A DNA stretch of 64,000 bases from an uncultured virus (IMG/VR IMGVR_UViG_2850639881_000002) (IMGVR_UViG_2850639881_000002), one strand, 5' to 3'. Shown: positions 30,375 through 40,060, counted from the stretch's first letter. The notes: generated by a model from the letters alone, not told the origin. Made by a program: numbers and translations.

Positions 30375-31538
30375 TCACACCTGCTTGCTTGCTTCCCGCG
30401 GCGCGGTCGGCTCCGATGCGAAGGGAATAGGCGCGATGAAACCGAGCTCAAGCAATTGCCTTGACCCGGAGAACCGAACGGAATGCTCATCGGCAAAATC
30501 GAATTCGCCGGTTTTCTGCAGGTCATTCAACATCTTGCGGTAAATGGCGGCCCCGTCGAAATATTGTCCGTCGCTTACCGCCTGCTCTATCTTCTCGCGA
30601 TAGTCAGAAAAGAACTTGAAGTGTAGCAGCACGCCGGAAATGTCCAGGAAGTTTCTCTCGCACGGCAGCGGCTGATGAATGCTGACACTAAGACTGCAAT
30701 CCCTGTCCCAAAAGATCAGCGGATATTTGATGAGTTCCAGCACATGCGCGAACTTGCGCTTCCGCGGGCCGCCCGTGATACTTATGGCTCGTTTGGTGTA
30801 ACTGATTTCATACCCGACGCCGTCGAAATGGTCGGCGATTTCCCACGGCATGCGATGATCGTCGGTGTCGAGCGTGGCCGAACCGAGCGGCCCGGTCGGA
30901 TACATGTCGAGCATGGGAGCAGCGAGACGCTTGTCGCCCCGCCGTTCGAGTACCTGGATCAGCTTGTCGAGGCGCTGATGCTCGGAGTCCTGATAGATCA
31001 GAAATTCATCTGAATCGACATTGAGATACCACCTATCCCCCCCGTAGCGGTCGAATAGGGCTTCGCGCCACTCACGGCCGCGGCGAGCCTCGCGGTAACG
31101 CAGAGGCGACCTCCACACGTCGACGTCCGCTTGAGAAAGCAGGTATTCGCGTGTGCCATCGGATGAGACGTCGTCGACACAGATGAAACGGGAAACGCCG
31201 AGCTTCCGGTAATGCGCCAGGAAGGGCGGCATCAGCTTTAGGTCGTTGTGGGTATTGAAAACGAGCGGAATGTCATCCTTGGCGAGGGGTCGTTGACCAC
31301 CTTCCCGCAGGCAGACCATCGCGATCTCGCGTTTCCTTTTACGCACTCGAGCGGCGAGTTTGTAAGTCTCATACCGGGTCATCAACCGATCTAGAAGACT
31401 CCTGTGGTTTCGCCGGGTGTCAGAAAGACGAAAAGGATAGTGAAGATCGCCCAATATGCGCTCCAGTCGGCCGCCACGATACGAGCGTGTATCGATATCG
31501 CCTCGATAATTCAACTCCACACGCTGCCCGCCAGCCAA
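30375..31538 (-). CDS. glycosyltransferase family 2-like protein (start uncertain)
   Basis: FLAHYRKLG, VDDVSSDGT, VDSDEF and LLHFKF. Confidence 0.85.
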   Translation of the reverse strand: MAGGQRVELNYRGDIDTRSYRGGRLERILGDLHYPFRLSDTRRNHRSLLDRLMTRYETYKLAARVRKRKREIAMVCLREGGQRPLAKDDIPLVFNTHNDLKLMPPFLAHYRKLGVSRFICVDDVSSDGTREYLLSQADVDVWRSPLRYREARRGREWREALFDRYGGDRWYLNVDSDEFLIYQDSEHQRLDKLIQVLERRGDKRLAAPMLDMYPTGPLGSATLDTDDHRMPWEIADHFDGVGYEISYTKRAISITGGPRKRKFAHVLELIKYPLIFWDRDCSLSVSIHQPLPCERNFLDISGVLLHFKFFSDYREKIEQAVSDGQYFDGAAIYRKMLNDLQKTGEFDFADEHSVRFSGSRQLLELGFIAPIPFASEPTAPREASKQV

Positions 31539-31556
31539 ACGATCCGAACCCGTCCG

Positions 31557-32327
31557 TCAGAACGCGAACGGATATCGCGGCTCAAGGCTCCGCGTCGCCA
31601 GTTTGAAGAAGTTCTTGATCTTCCCGGGTATGTGTTCCCGGCGATCGTAGGCGTCCAGCAAGTGTGCGGATCTGCGATCCTCGTCGAAGCGGGCAACCCA
31701 TTCATCGGTCACCCCGTCGCGCTGAACCGCCATCGTCGTTTGGAGCGCGCCCGGCGCGGGCACCCCCAGGTGTTCCGCAACGCAAGAGACGAAAGGTGAA
31801 GGGTCCGGGACCAGGTTCTCGTAAACAAACTCGGTAGACTTCGCGCCCGTAAGTGCCAGATAGCTCCTCCAGAAACTATAGCTGTCGCGAATATAGAAAA
31901 AGCATTTCGCGATCTCTTCGAAATCGTATTGTGGATCAGAATTTCCCCCAATATGGGCAGCGAAACTGCGGGTTTGTCTTGCCCTGGCATAGGAAATGGC
32001 TTGTCGTAGGGTGTCGTCGCGTCGCAGGAAGACAAGCGCCACATCGTGTACGGAAAGGCAATATTGAATGAAGTCCATCCCGTAGACTTCACGGGTGATG
32101 AAAAGATGGTTGGGGAATATCTTCAGCCCGAAATTACCATTTTCGGTAGAACTCTTTCTGATGATTTCCTCGAAGAATTCCTCCCACGACAAGGAACTGG
32201 TGTCGAGACGATGGATTTTTGGCGACAGCCATTCGCTCGACCGCCCCATGTTTCCCGAATTATTGATGAGGGAGCCAAGCCAATTCGAGCCGCTTCTCGC
32301 CTCGGTCAAAAGTAGATACCCGCGCAT
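31557..32327 (-). CDS. lpsS: LPS sulfotransferase (Stf0 family)
   Basis: PAPS-binding ARSGSNWL and RQAISY; resembles S. meliloti LpsS as I recall it. Confidence 0.85.
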   Translation of the reverse strand: MRGYLLLTEARSGSNWLGSLINNSGNMGRSSEWLSPKIHRLDTSSLSWEEFFEEIIRKSSTENGNFGLKIFPNHLFITREVYGMDFIQYCLSVHDVALVFLRRDDTLRQAISYARARQTRSFAAHIGGNSDPQYDFEEIAKCFFYIRDSYSFWRSYLALTGAKSTEFVYENLVPDPSPFVSCVAEHLGVPAPGALQTTMAVQRDGVTDEWVARFDEDRRSAHLLDAYDRREHIPGKIKNFFKLATRSLEPRYPFAF

Positions 32328-32597
32328 AATTCTCCGTCAGATCCGTCTTGCAACGCTCCAGCCGACCGGGTGCTAGAGAGAAATGTCGGCGTTTTTTGGG
32401 GCGCATCGTGTTCGCCAAAGGTATTGAACTGCCGATCTGGAGCGTTGGGGCCAGTCACGAAAATCGGAGCGCGCGCTCGCCCGCCGGTTCGCCCAATGAG
32501 GACGATAATTTTTCCCAAGAATTTTGCAGAGGGTGCTGGACAAGCCAGGCGAAGGCCATTATACGCCCCACCAGACCGCTGCGACGCGGTCTTGGAC

Positions 32598-32673
<76 letters not shown>

Positions 32674-32911
32674 AAAACTCCTTTATTTTCAGGCGTTTCA
32701 GCGGCTTTCGCGCTGCAGCCATCCGACTTTTCCGACACTTCCGACTTTTGCGAAAATGTCGGATGCTCGCTCGCCCTCGCATCCCGATCTCGCCTGCAGG
32801 TGTCGCAGTTCTTGATCCTGGCTTCGAAGGCTCGCTGTTGTTCCCACGACATCTGCCTGTAACCGGCCAAGCTCGCGTTGTTGGCGCCGCAGGCGCAGGA
32901 TAGCTTGATGC

Positions 32912-33151
32912 TCATGCGCCTACCTTCCTGATGGCGGCGATCGGCGTCACGCGGCTGAGAAGGTAATAGCCGGAAATCCCCTCGAGCCAGATGACGGCAG
33001 AGTGGCCGGAGAGTACCTCCGCTCGGCTCCTCGTCTTCGTTTCGATCATCGATCCGTCATCCTTCTTCAAAAGAACGTCGGTCCCGATCGGATACCGTCT
33101 GTTGAAGCCGTCGACGGCCGCCTGCAGCGCTTTGGGTGTTGGCTGGTGCAT
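32912..33151 (-). CDS. phage hypothetical protein
   Basis: AGGAG upstream; FNRRYPIGT..TRSRAEVLSGHSAVIWLEG. Confidence 0.7.
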   Translation of the reverse strand: MHQPTPKALQAAVDGFNRRYPIGTDVLLKKDDGSMIETKTRSRAEVLSGHSAVIWLEGISGYYLLSRVTPIAAIRKVGA

Positions 33152-33155
33152 TTCC

Positions 33156-34340
33156 CTATTCTCCTTGTGAAGCTCGTATAGCGGTCTCGCCATTGCCGTC
33201 GTACCAGGCGACCATCTTGTCGATCGCGGTGGTCGCCATTTCCGGGTGCATGGCGAGGTAGTGTTTCAGGATCTGGTGGGCGCCCTGCAGGGAGTGCCCG
33301 GTGACCGAGCAGATCTCCGGAAGCGTGGCGCCGGCGAGCGCCATCCAGGTGACGGCGGTCGCGCGGAAATCCTTCTCCTTGATCGTCGCCACGCTCGGCA
33401 GCTTCTCGGCAGCCTTGGCGCGGATCTCGGCGAACAAGTTCCGATAGGTGAAGGCGTTCCACGGCTCCCAGGTGTGCTCGTTAAGGTGCGCAAAATCGCT
33501 CGACTTGCCGGCAGCGAGGCGCCGGCGCTTGGCGGCCGCAAGGCGCTTTCGATATTCCGGCGCAACCGGCGGGTTGACGATCGCCTTCGTCTTCCCCTGC
33601 TGCAGGTCGAAACGGCCGTTCCTGAAAGCGTCGAGGCGCAGGCTCAAGCGATCGCCCTGGCGCTGGCCGGTCCACAAGGCGCAGATGAACATGTCGGCCA
33701 TGTCGACGCGCCCAAATTCCTTGCTCTCAGCCGTCGTCACCAACGCGTCGACCTCTGCCCGCGTCAGGAAGCGTGCCCGGGGCTTCAACTGCTCCATGCC
33801 GAGATCCCGTGCGGGGTTGTATGATAGCCCGCGCACGCGGCCGGTCTTCATCGCCCATTTGATCGCGATCGACAGGATCCGGAGCGTTCCTCGAGCGGTC
33901 GCCAGGCCGCGCTTTTCCCAAAGCTGCTCATAGAGCCCGTAGCAGATCTGCTGATCTAGCGCGGCGACTTCTGACGCCCATAGATCGGGATCGTGGCTCT
34001 CGATCACCCGCGACTTCTGGCGATAGTCCCGGCGCGTCGCCTCCGCCTTGCCGAGGATCCGCGGCGAGGCGAGCCACTCCTCGAACATGCGGGAGATTGG
34101 ATAGACTGCCCGGGGCTGCTCGACGACCTTTGGCGCCGGCTTCGCCTTCGTTGCGGCCGCCTTCTCCCGCTTGAGCCGGCGGCTGAATAGGTTTGACCAG
34201 TCGAGCGCCTCGCCTGCGGTGTACCAGCGGCCGTCATCGTGGCGGAGATCCTTGCCCTTGTGGCCCTTCTCGCGAAGTGACTTCGACGGCTCGAAGCGGG
34301 GGCGGCCATCGCGCCAGGCTATGTGCTTGATCTTGGTCAT
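33156..34340 (-). CDS. int: tyrosine integrase
   Basis: TGQRQGD, QGKT, DFRAT, TGH and HYL catalytic boxes; GAGGAAGGA RBS. Confidence 0.9.
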   Translation of the reverse strand: MTKIKHIAWRDGRPRFEPSKSLREKGHKGKDLRHDDGRWYTAGEALDWSNLFSRRLKREKAAATKAKPAPKVVEQPRAVYPISRMFEEWLASPRILGKAEATRRDYRQKSRVIESHDPDLWASEVAALDQQICYGLYEQLWEKRGLATARGTLRILSIAIKWAMKTGRVRGLSYNPARDLGMEQLKPRARFLTRAEVDALVTTAESKEFGRVDMADMFICALWTGQRQGDRLSLRLDAFRNGRFDLQQGKTKAIVNPPVAPEYRKRLAAAKRRRLAAGKSSDFAHLNEHTWEPWNAFTYRNLFAEIRAKAAEKLPSVATIKEKDFRATAVTWMALAGATLPEICSVTGHSLQGAHQILKHYLAMHPEMATTAIDKMVAWYDGNGETAIRASQGE

Positions 34341-34388
34341 AAGGGTTCCTTCCTCAACTGGATACGAATGAGGGTTGCCAAAACAAAA

Positions 34389-34427
34389 GAGACCGGCGGC
34401 TACGCAACACACAGGCCGCCGGTCTCG
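34389..34427 (-). terminator. intrinsic terminator upstream of int
   Basis: GAGACCGGCGGC..GCCGCCGGTCTC stem followed by a T-rich run on the minus strand. Confidence 0.65.
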
Positions 34428-34454
34428 AGGTCCGCTAGTGCTTGGGAGGAGGAT

Positions 34455-34589
34455 CTAGACGGACGGATACTTCCAGCCGCGGCGGTGGCTGTTGTGATGC
34501 CGGACGAAGGCTGGAGCGTCGACAAAGAGCGTCCAGACGGCGCCGGCGAACATCAGGCAGAGGGCGAGAATGGCGATCGCGATCGTCAT
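34455..34589 (-). CDS. small membrane protein (44 aa)
   Basis: MTIAIAILALCLMFAGAVWTLFV..., coupled to the upstream stop. Confidence 0.5.
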   Translation of the reverse strand: MTIAIAILALCLMFAGAVWTLFVDAPAFVRHHNSHRRGWKYPSV

Positions 34590-34846
34590 TGATGCCACGC
34601 CGGCACTGGTGTGCACGGAAAGAGGATGCCGTGCAGTTCGGGATTTTTCTCCTTAAGAGCGCCCATCGCCTCGACGATGAAGCTGGCGCTCGCCATGCGG
34701 CTCAATGAGCGGTAGCGATCGAGGTCGCAGATCTCCTCGACCAGGTCGCTATGCTCCCTCATCTCGGCGATTACGCGCGCCATCAGCTCGTCGCCGGCGT
34801 GGCGGTTTGCCTCGAGATCGAGGATCAGTTTCTTGGTGTCAGTCAT
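34586..34846 (-). CDS. phage hypothetical protein
   Basis: Coupled ORF; GAGGAG RBS. Confidence 0.6.
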   Translation of the reverse strand: MTDTKKLILDLEANRHAGDELMARVIAEMREHSDLVEEICDLDRYRSLSRMASASFIVEAMGALKEKNPELHGILFPCTPVPAWHQ

Positions 34847-35073
34847 CCGTTCAGGGCTCCTCGGCCGGCTTCGGTGATGTGGAAACGACAGCGGTTGCCG
34901 TCGTCGGGGTGCGGTCGCAGGGTCAGTAGTTTCTGACGAGCGAGAATTTTGATGGTCCGCAGGGGAAAGCCGCGAGCGCCGGTCGCGGACCAGCCGCAGC
35001 GCATCAGCTCGAGCGGCGCGACGGCCGCATCAGAGAGCGCCCGCAGTTGGGCGTCCGAGAGCTTCTTCTTCAT
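34843..35073 (-). CDS. small winged-helix-like protein
   Basis: KLSDAQLRAL..ITEAGRGAL. Confidence 0.6.
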   Translation of the reverse strand: MKKKLSDAQLRALSDAAVAPLELMRCGWSATGARGFPLRTIKILARQKLLTLRPHPDDGNRCRFHITEAGRGALNG

Positions 35074-35363
35074 CGCTCCCCCCGTCGGTATTCCTCGAGG
35101 CGGGAAACGGCAATCCGGCCCGCATAGGTGAGCGCCAGGCGCTCTCGGCCGAAGATGATGCGGTCCTCGACCAGGCGCTTGGCGTTGAGCTTGTCGACGG
35201 TGCCCTTGGCGAACTTCGTGCCGCGCACAATCCAGCCGTTGGTTACGCGCGCTGTCTTCATCGGATCGATGTCGAGCAGCAGCTGCTGCTGCTTGGGCGT
35301 CAGGTGAGCCCACGGCGCCAGAACGGCGGCATTTTCAGTGAGAGAAAGCGGCGCGCGGTTCAT
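35070..35363 (-). CDS. small winged-helix-like protein
   Basis: LTPKQQQLL..LTYAGRIA. Confidence 0.6.
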   Translation of the reverse strand: MNRAPLSLTENAAVLAPWAHLTPKQQQLLLDIDPMKTARVTNGWIVRGTKFAKGTVDKLNAKRLVEDRIIFGRERLALTYAGRIAVSRLEEYRRGER

Positions 35364-35632
35364 GCGCGCCCTCCGGAGGCGTAGCGCTGGGCAAGCTTCT
35401 TGTTCTGGTTTGCGACCAGGCCGGAAAGGCTTGTCACCTCGGCGGCCTCGGCACCTTCAAGCCATGCCTCCATCGCGCCCCGCGGCCAGATCCAGCCGGT
35501 CGGGTTTTTGCGCGGCATGCCGTGCCGCTGGTGCATTTTCAGCCAATTGCGTCGGATATAGTCCGGCGAGCGCCGCAGGGCCGCGGCCAACTCGTCGATA
35601 TCGACGGTTTTCTCGGAAAGAGACATGGGCAT
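35360..35632 (-). CDS. excisionase/AlpA-like HTH protein
   Basis: IDELAAALRRS..GMP..WPRGAMEAWL; first gene of the operon leading to int. Confidence 0.65.
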   Translation of the reverse strand: MPMSLSEKTVDIDELAAALRRSPDYIRRNWLKMHQRHGMPRKNPTGWIWPRGAMEAWLEGAEAAEVTSLSGLVANQNKKLAQRYASGGRA

Positions 35633-35823
35633 CTCCCGTTTCGCAAATCAGTTGCAAATCGGAAGATGTCCAATTTTCATGTGCAAATCAAATGAAAATA
35701 TGAAAATTGGCTGCGACGAGTGAAAGTTAACGATTATTTAGCGCAAAAATGCAGTTGATAAGCCGCAGTTTCGCAGTGCTCGCAGGCATGCGAGCGGAGA
35801 AAATCAGATGAAATCGTGGGTGA

Positions 35824-36435
35824 TTAGTGGCGGAGGCGGCAGCCGCCCATGACGACGCCTTTGATGACGATGTTTTCATCATCGACGATTTCAGGAGCGC
35901 CAGGCTCTCCGGACATCAAGGCTGTCAGCAAGTAGGGCGTCCTGTAGACGCGGAAGATTGTTTCCGCAATGCCGCGGCGCCAATCGTACTTGTGGGCGCA
36001 AACGGCGTCACCTGGGCGGGGAACTGCAGTCTTGTCGACAAGGATAACGTCGCCCTGGTCGTAGCCGATCGCGCTGAGAACCGATGATTTCAGTTGCCAG
36101 AGATCCACGTTCTGTGATCGGGCGACGACTGATTTAAGGCAGTCCAGGAGAATGCCCTGGCTTTCGTCTTCGATTGTGTAGGGAACGGCGTCTTCTTCGG
36201 CGAAAAATGCCAGTTTAGGCCTAACCCTCTGCTCGTAAGCCGGGACACCTGTCGCTTCTTCGATCTTCTGCACGGTTCGCGACGTGAGCGTGTGGCCGCT
36301 CTCGTTCTTCGAATAGAAGCGGGTCAGCGTCGAGGGGTTCAGTCGAGCGCGCCTGGCAATGTCGGTCAAAGTGAGCCCGCTGGAGGAAATTATGTTCTCC
36401 AACCAGGCGAGCTGCTGATCGCGCAAATCCGTCAT
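35824..36435 (-). CDS. CI-like repressor (XRE HTH plus degenerate S24 domain)
   Basis: LTLTDIARRARLNPSTLTRF; GDVILVD..PRPGD..IKGVV; divergent from cro. Confidence 0.8.
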   Translation of the reverse strand: MTDLRDQQLAWLENIISSSGLTLTDIARRARLNPSTLTRFYSKNESGHTLTSRTVQKIEEATGVPAYEQRVRPKLAFFAEEDAVPYTIEDESQGILLDCLKSVVARSQNVDLWQLKSSVLSAIGYDQGDVILVDKTAVPRPGDAVCAHKYDWRRGIAETIFRVYRTPYLLTALMSGEPGAPEIVDDENIVIKGVVMGGCRLRH

Positions 36436-36558
36436 GGGCGCGAATATCGCAGCCACGCTCATCATGTTCAAAACGCAATACTCCACTTGACACGGTGGAG
36501 CAAATCACATGTGCATATGAAAATTCAAGGGGCATGTGAAAAACTGCGAGCCTTAGCC

Positions 36559-36789
36559 ATGGAAAAGACTTTGGAAGAGATCGACGCGCTGCGCACCAGG
36601 CTGGGGGTTTCCCAGGCTGATCTGTGTCGAGCCGCCGACGTATCGGAAAGCACCCTGTCGCGCGCTCGCAGCATCCAACGCGAGCCGACAGCGCGTATCC
36701 GGCGCAAGCTCGAGGCGGCTCTCGAGGCGATCGCCGCAGAGCGCGGGATCGTGCCGGTTGAGAAGCTGGATCCGGAGGACGGCCAATGA
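36559..36789 (+). CDS. Cro-like HTH protein
   Basis: GVSQADLCRAADVSESTLSR. Confidence 0.8.
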   Translation: MEKTLEEIDALRTRLGVSQADLCRAADVSESTLSRARSIQREPTARIRRKLEAALEAIAAERGIVPVEKLDPEDGQ

Positions 36790-37196
36790 GCAACGTCAAA
36801 TCGAAGCTCAAGCGCGTCGTCGACTTTCTGATGGGCGGGCCAGTGCCGGAGCCAAAGCCGCGGGAAATCGTGCTGCCGCCGTTCCACCCGATCATTTTTG
36901 CAAACGGCCGCGACGACGACACGGAAGGGCTGAAGGCCTTCTGGGAAAACCGAGCGGTGATTTATGCCGGCGAGGAGATCAAGCCCGGCCAGAGCCGCGA
37001 GCTCGTCGGGCTTGAGCTACGGCTGCACTGCACGGCAATCCTTGCGGTCCATGGCGATCGCGTCGTCGACGGTCTCGGCTGGCGGATCCCGCCCCAGGGC
37101 GTGACGCCCCGGGAGATCAGGGTTTCGACCGATCACGGCGTCAAACGCGTGCTCAAGGGCTGCGGCCTGACCTTCAATTGTCCGGTGATGCCATGA
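36786..37196 (+). CDS. phage hypothetical protein
   Basis: ATGA-coupled; GGAGG RBS. Confidence 0.65.
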   Translation: MSNVKSKLKRVVDFLMGGPVPEPKPREIVLPPFHPIIFANGRDDDTEGLKAFWENRAVIYAGEEIKPGQSRELVGLELRLHCTAILAVHGDRVVDGLGWRIPPQGVTPREIRVSTDHGVKRVLKGCGLTFNCPVMP

Positions 37197-37483
37197 GCTC
37201 GATCGTTCGCATGGCGGTGGGCGACAAGGTCCCGGACGATCCGGCCGCGAACGCAGCGATGCATCAGGGGCTGCTCGACATTCTAAATGGCGAGGCCGGC
37301 CGCGTCGGATGGCGCGGCATTTCCTTCGATCTCTACACGAGCGCCAAGGGCTGGGCTGCGATCACCGTCGTCGCGGGCGAGGCTCCGGCCACGCTCGAGG
37401 ATCTCCGTTCTTTCCGTGAATGGCAGAAGGGCCGTCTTGAGGCGGAGAGCGACAACCACACTGACCAGGGGAGATTGATCTGA
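37193..37483 (+). CDS. phage hypothetical protein
   Basis: ATGA-coupled. Confidence 0.6.
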   Translation: MSSIVRMAVGDKVPDDPAANAAMHQGLLDILNGEAGRVGWRGISFDLYTSAKGWAAITVVAGEAPATLEDLRSFREWQKGRLEAESDNHTDQGRLI

Positions 37484-37782
37484 TGAATATGCAGGAACTG
37501 CGCCGCCTGATCGACCTGATCGACGCGAGGCTGTCGGCGGTACCGGATGCGGATTGGAGGGATAATGGAGCCTGGCGCGCCGCCCGGCAGGCAGAGGCGC
37601 AGATCCTGATCGACCTCCGAGATAGCGAGGGAGCAACGTTCAAGGACAGCGGCCTCGGCGTGACACTCAAGCTCGCCGGGATCCGGACGACCTGCACGGC
37701 AGGCGCCGCCGGGGTGCTGCGCAATTGGCAGGCGGCGGCGTGGCGGAACATCGAGCAAGCGAGGGTCAGCGATGGCGTTTGA
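37483..37782 (+). CDS. phage hypothetical protein
   Basis: TGATG-coupled. Confidence 0.65.
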   Translation: MNMQELRRLIDLIDARLSAVPDADWRDNGAWRAARQAEAQILIDLRDSEGATFKDSGLGVTLKLAGIRTTCTAGAAGVLRNWQAAAWRNIEQARVSDGV

Positions 37783-38620
37783 AGAAATCGAAATCATAGA
37801 GACCAGCACCGCGTCGTCTCACACAGGCGTCAGTGCGGGCCTCACCAAAGTGCGCAATGGCAAGGCGCTTTTGAAGATCAACCTTCGGCCGCATGTGTTT
37901 CAGGAAATGGGCTTCTCCGAGCACGATCACTTCGTGCCGATGCTCGGTACCGGCGAAGACTTCGGAATGGTGCGGCTGCAGAAGAACAAGAACGGCAAGC
38001 TTAGGGCGAAACATCGATCGGCAGCTCACGGCGCCCAGTACTTCTGCATCAGCCTTCGCCATCGGCCGGAGTTCGTCGATCGGGCGGAAAAGGCGGTGCC
38101 CTGCCAGTGGGAGAAGATCGACCTCACCACGATCGAGATCGTCTTGCCGGCATGGACCGACGAGACGAACCCCACAAAGCGCAAGCGCATAGCGGCCGAA
38201 CCGCCGGCGATCGCCGCCGGCCGCCGCGAAGCAGAGCGCATGCGCCAGGAGGCCGAAGAGGCCAGGCGCCGGCGCGATGAGCTCGAGCAGCGCGGCCTCG
38301 AAAGAGAAATGCGCAAGGTGGTCGCCGAGGCGCTCAAGGATGTGCCGGAGTTCAAATCAGAGCTCGGATTGAGCAAGACCGAAGCGGAGATCCTCGCCGT
38401 GCTCGCTAACCGGCACGGAAAGCTGGTCTCGAAAGAGTCTCTGATGACGCTTGTCTACGCCGCCGACGCTGAGGCCGTGCCCGACGACAAGGTGATCGAC
38501 GTCTGGATCTGCAAGATCCGGCCGAAGCTTCCGATTTCCTGCATGATCGAAACAGTGCGCGGCCAGGGCTGGAGGCTCAAGGGCGACGTCAAGCAGCTCT
38601 ATGCGGTGGTGGCGGCATGA
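37772..38620 (+). CDS. protein with C-terminal OmpR/CtrA-type winged helix
   Basis: LSKTEAEILAVL..VSKESL..KVIDVWICKIRPKL..IETVRGQGW. Confidence 0.8.
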   Translation: MAFEEIEIIETSTASSHTGVSAGLTKVRNGKALLKINLRPHVFQEMGFSEHDHFVPMLGTGEDFGMVRLQKNKNGKLRAKHRSAAHGAQYFCISLRHRPEFVDRAEKAVPCQWEKIDLTTIEIVLPAWTDETNPTKRKRIAAEPPAIAAGRREAERMRQEAEEARRRRDELEQRGLEREMRKVVAEALKDVPEFKSELGLSKTEAEILAVLANRHGKLVSKESLMTLVYAADAEAVPDDKVIDVWICKIRPKLPISCMIETVRGQGWRLKGDVKQLYAVVAA

Positions 38621-38928
38621 CCATGCTCCTCCCGATCATCGAGCAGCTCGACGACGCGCGGGACGACCAGGCCAGGGCGGACTGGCTTCTGCGCTGCCCT
38701 CTGCAGATCCTTGGCAAGTACGAGATGACGATCCGGAACCGGCTGCAGCTCGCCGGCTTCCACGCGGGCATTCAATATGTCGAGGTCGAGCTCATCTGCC
38801 TTCGTGCCGTGCGGGGCGCGGCAGGCGAGCTCGTCGAGGGGCCGGCCTCGGCGCGGCAGGCGGCCCGCGAAGCCATGCAGGTGCTCGCCTCGGCGCCGGC
38901 GCCCGATCACAGCATCACCGAAGTCTGA
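38617..38928 (+). CDS. phage hypothetical protein
   Basis: ATGA-coupled; RADWLLRCP. Confidence 0.65.
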   Translation: MTMLLPIIEQLDDARDDQARADWLLRCPLQILGKYEMTIRNRLQLAGFHAGIQYVEVELICLRAVRGAAGELVEGPASARQAAREAMQVLASAPAPDHSITEV

Positions 38929-38969
38929 TTTCCCGCCGGATGGGCCGGCGGCAACACGAGGAGCATGGA

Positions 38970-39455
38970 ATGAGGGAATATTACGGCACAAAGCGCATCG
39001 CGGCTTTGCCGATGACACGGCTTGCCTACAACGACTATCGCGGGTGGAACCTGCCCTCTGATGAGAACGCTGCGGATGAGGGTTACCTGGTCGAGTATCA
39101 GGACGGAGGCGCAGGCAATCATCCCAATCACAAGGGCTATATCTCTTGGTCACCAAAGGCGCAGTTCGAAGCTGCCTATCAGCCGATCAGTGCCATGTCC
39201 TTCGGCCACGCGATCGCGGCGCTGAAGGCTGGCGAGCGCGTCGCTCGAGCTGGATGGAACGGCAAGGGCATGTGGCTAGTCCTCATCCCGCAATCCCATT
39301 GGGAAACCACCAGAGGGCTAGAAAATCTCGACGGGCTGCCTTGGATCGGCATGAAAACCGTGGGCGACAAGTTCGTTCCGTGGCTCGCCAGCCAGACCGA
39401 CATGCTCGCCGACGACTGGACGATCGTGCAGGCGGACCAGGCCGCGGCGGCCTGA
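38970..39455 (+). CDS. two-domain protein with C-terminal DUF2829/Tad2-like domain
   Basis: MSFGHAIAALKAGERVARAGWNGKGMW..PWLASQTDMLADDW. Confidence 0.8.
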   Translation: MREYYGTKRIAALPMTRLAYNDYRGWNLPSDENAADEGYLVEYQDGGAGNHPNHKGYISWSPKAQFEAAYQPISAMSFGHAIAALKAGERVARAGWNGKGMWLVLIPQSHWETTRGLENLDGLPWIGMKTVGDKFVPWLASQTDMLADDWTIVQADQAAAA

Positions 39456-39535
39456 CAATACGCATACGGGCGTCGCCGGTCTTTTGTCCGTTGTGGCCGG
39501 CGGCTCTCAGGGAATGGGGCATCACGAGGAATAGA

Positions 39536-39787
39536 ATGAAACGGCGGACGCCTTACCGGCCCGATCAGGGCCTTGCGCTGTCGCGCATCGAGCGCAGGCG
39601 ACAGCAGCTCGGCATCACACACGTCGAGCTCTACACCGTCGCGGAGATCCCGCGAAACACCTATGCCCGGATCTGCAAGACCGGTCTCGCCTTCAAGCGG
39701 CATGTCATCCAGCTGCGTTTCGCGCTGCGCACGATCGAGCAGCGCCGGCGACTGGCTGCGAAGATGCTGGGAGCGGACGATGTCTAA
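39536..39787 (+). CDS. XRE-like HTH protein
   Basis: IERRRQQLGITHVELYTVAEIPRNTY; GAGG RBS. Confidence 0.6.
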   Translation: MKRRTPYRPDQGLALSRIERRRQQLGITHVELYTVAEIPRNTYARICKTGLAFKRHVIQLRFALRTIEQRRRLAAKMLGADDV

Positions 39788-40058
39788 GCGCTCCTCCGGC
39801 CTTCACTCTGCACTATTCGCGCTTCGGGCAATCCGCCTGGCGCTGCACGTCTCGGCCGTGCGGGCCGACGATCGGCGCGCCGTCGAGGTCTATCTCCTGG
39901 TGACCTGTTGCGGCGTTCACCAGGCGCTGGCGGCCGAGGCCTGCAGCTGCACGAAGCAGAATGTTTCCAAGCTGGTGCGCGCCGTCGAGGAGCGGCGCGA
40001 CGATCCGGCTTTCGACGAGATCCTCTCCGCCTTCGAAGCGGCCATGACGGGAGAGTGA
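39780..40058 (+). CDS. small HTH protein (DnaA-C-like, VEERRDDPAFD)
   Basis: QALAAEACSCTKQNVSK HTH; overlaps the previous stop. Confidence 0.6.
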   Translation: MSKRSSGLHSALFALRAIRLALHVSAVRADDRRAVEVYLLVTCCGVHQALAAEACSCTKQNVSKLVRAVEERRDDPAFDEILSAFEAAMTGE

Positions 40059-40060
40059 TC

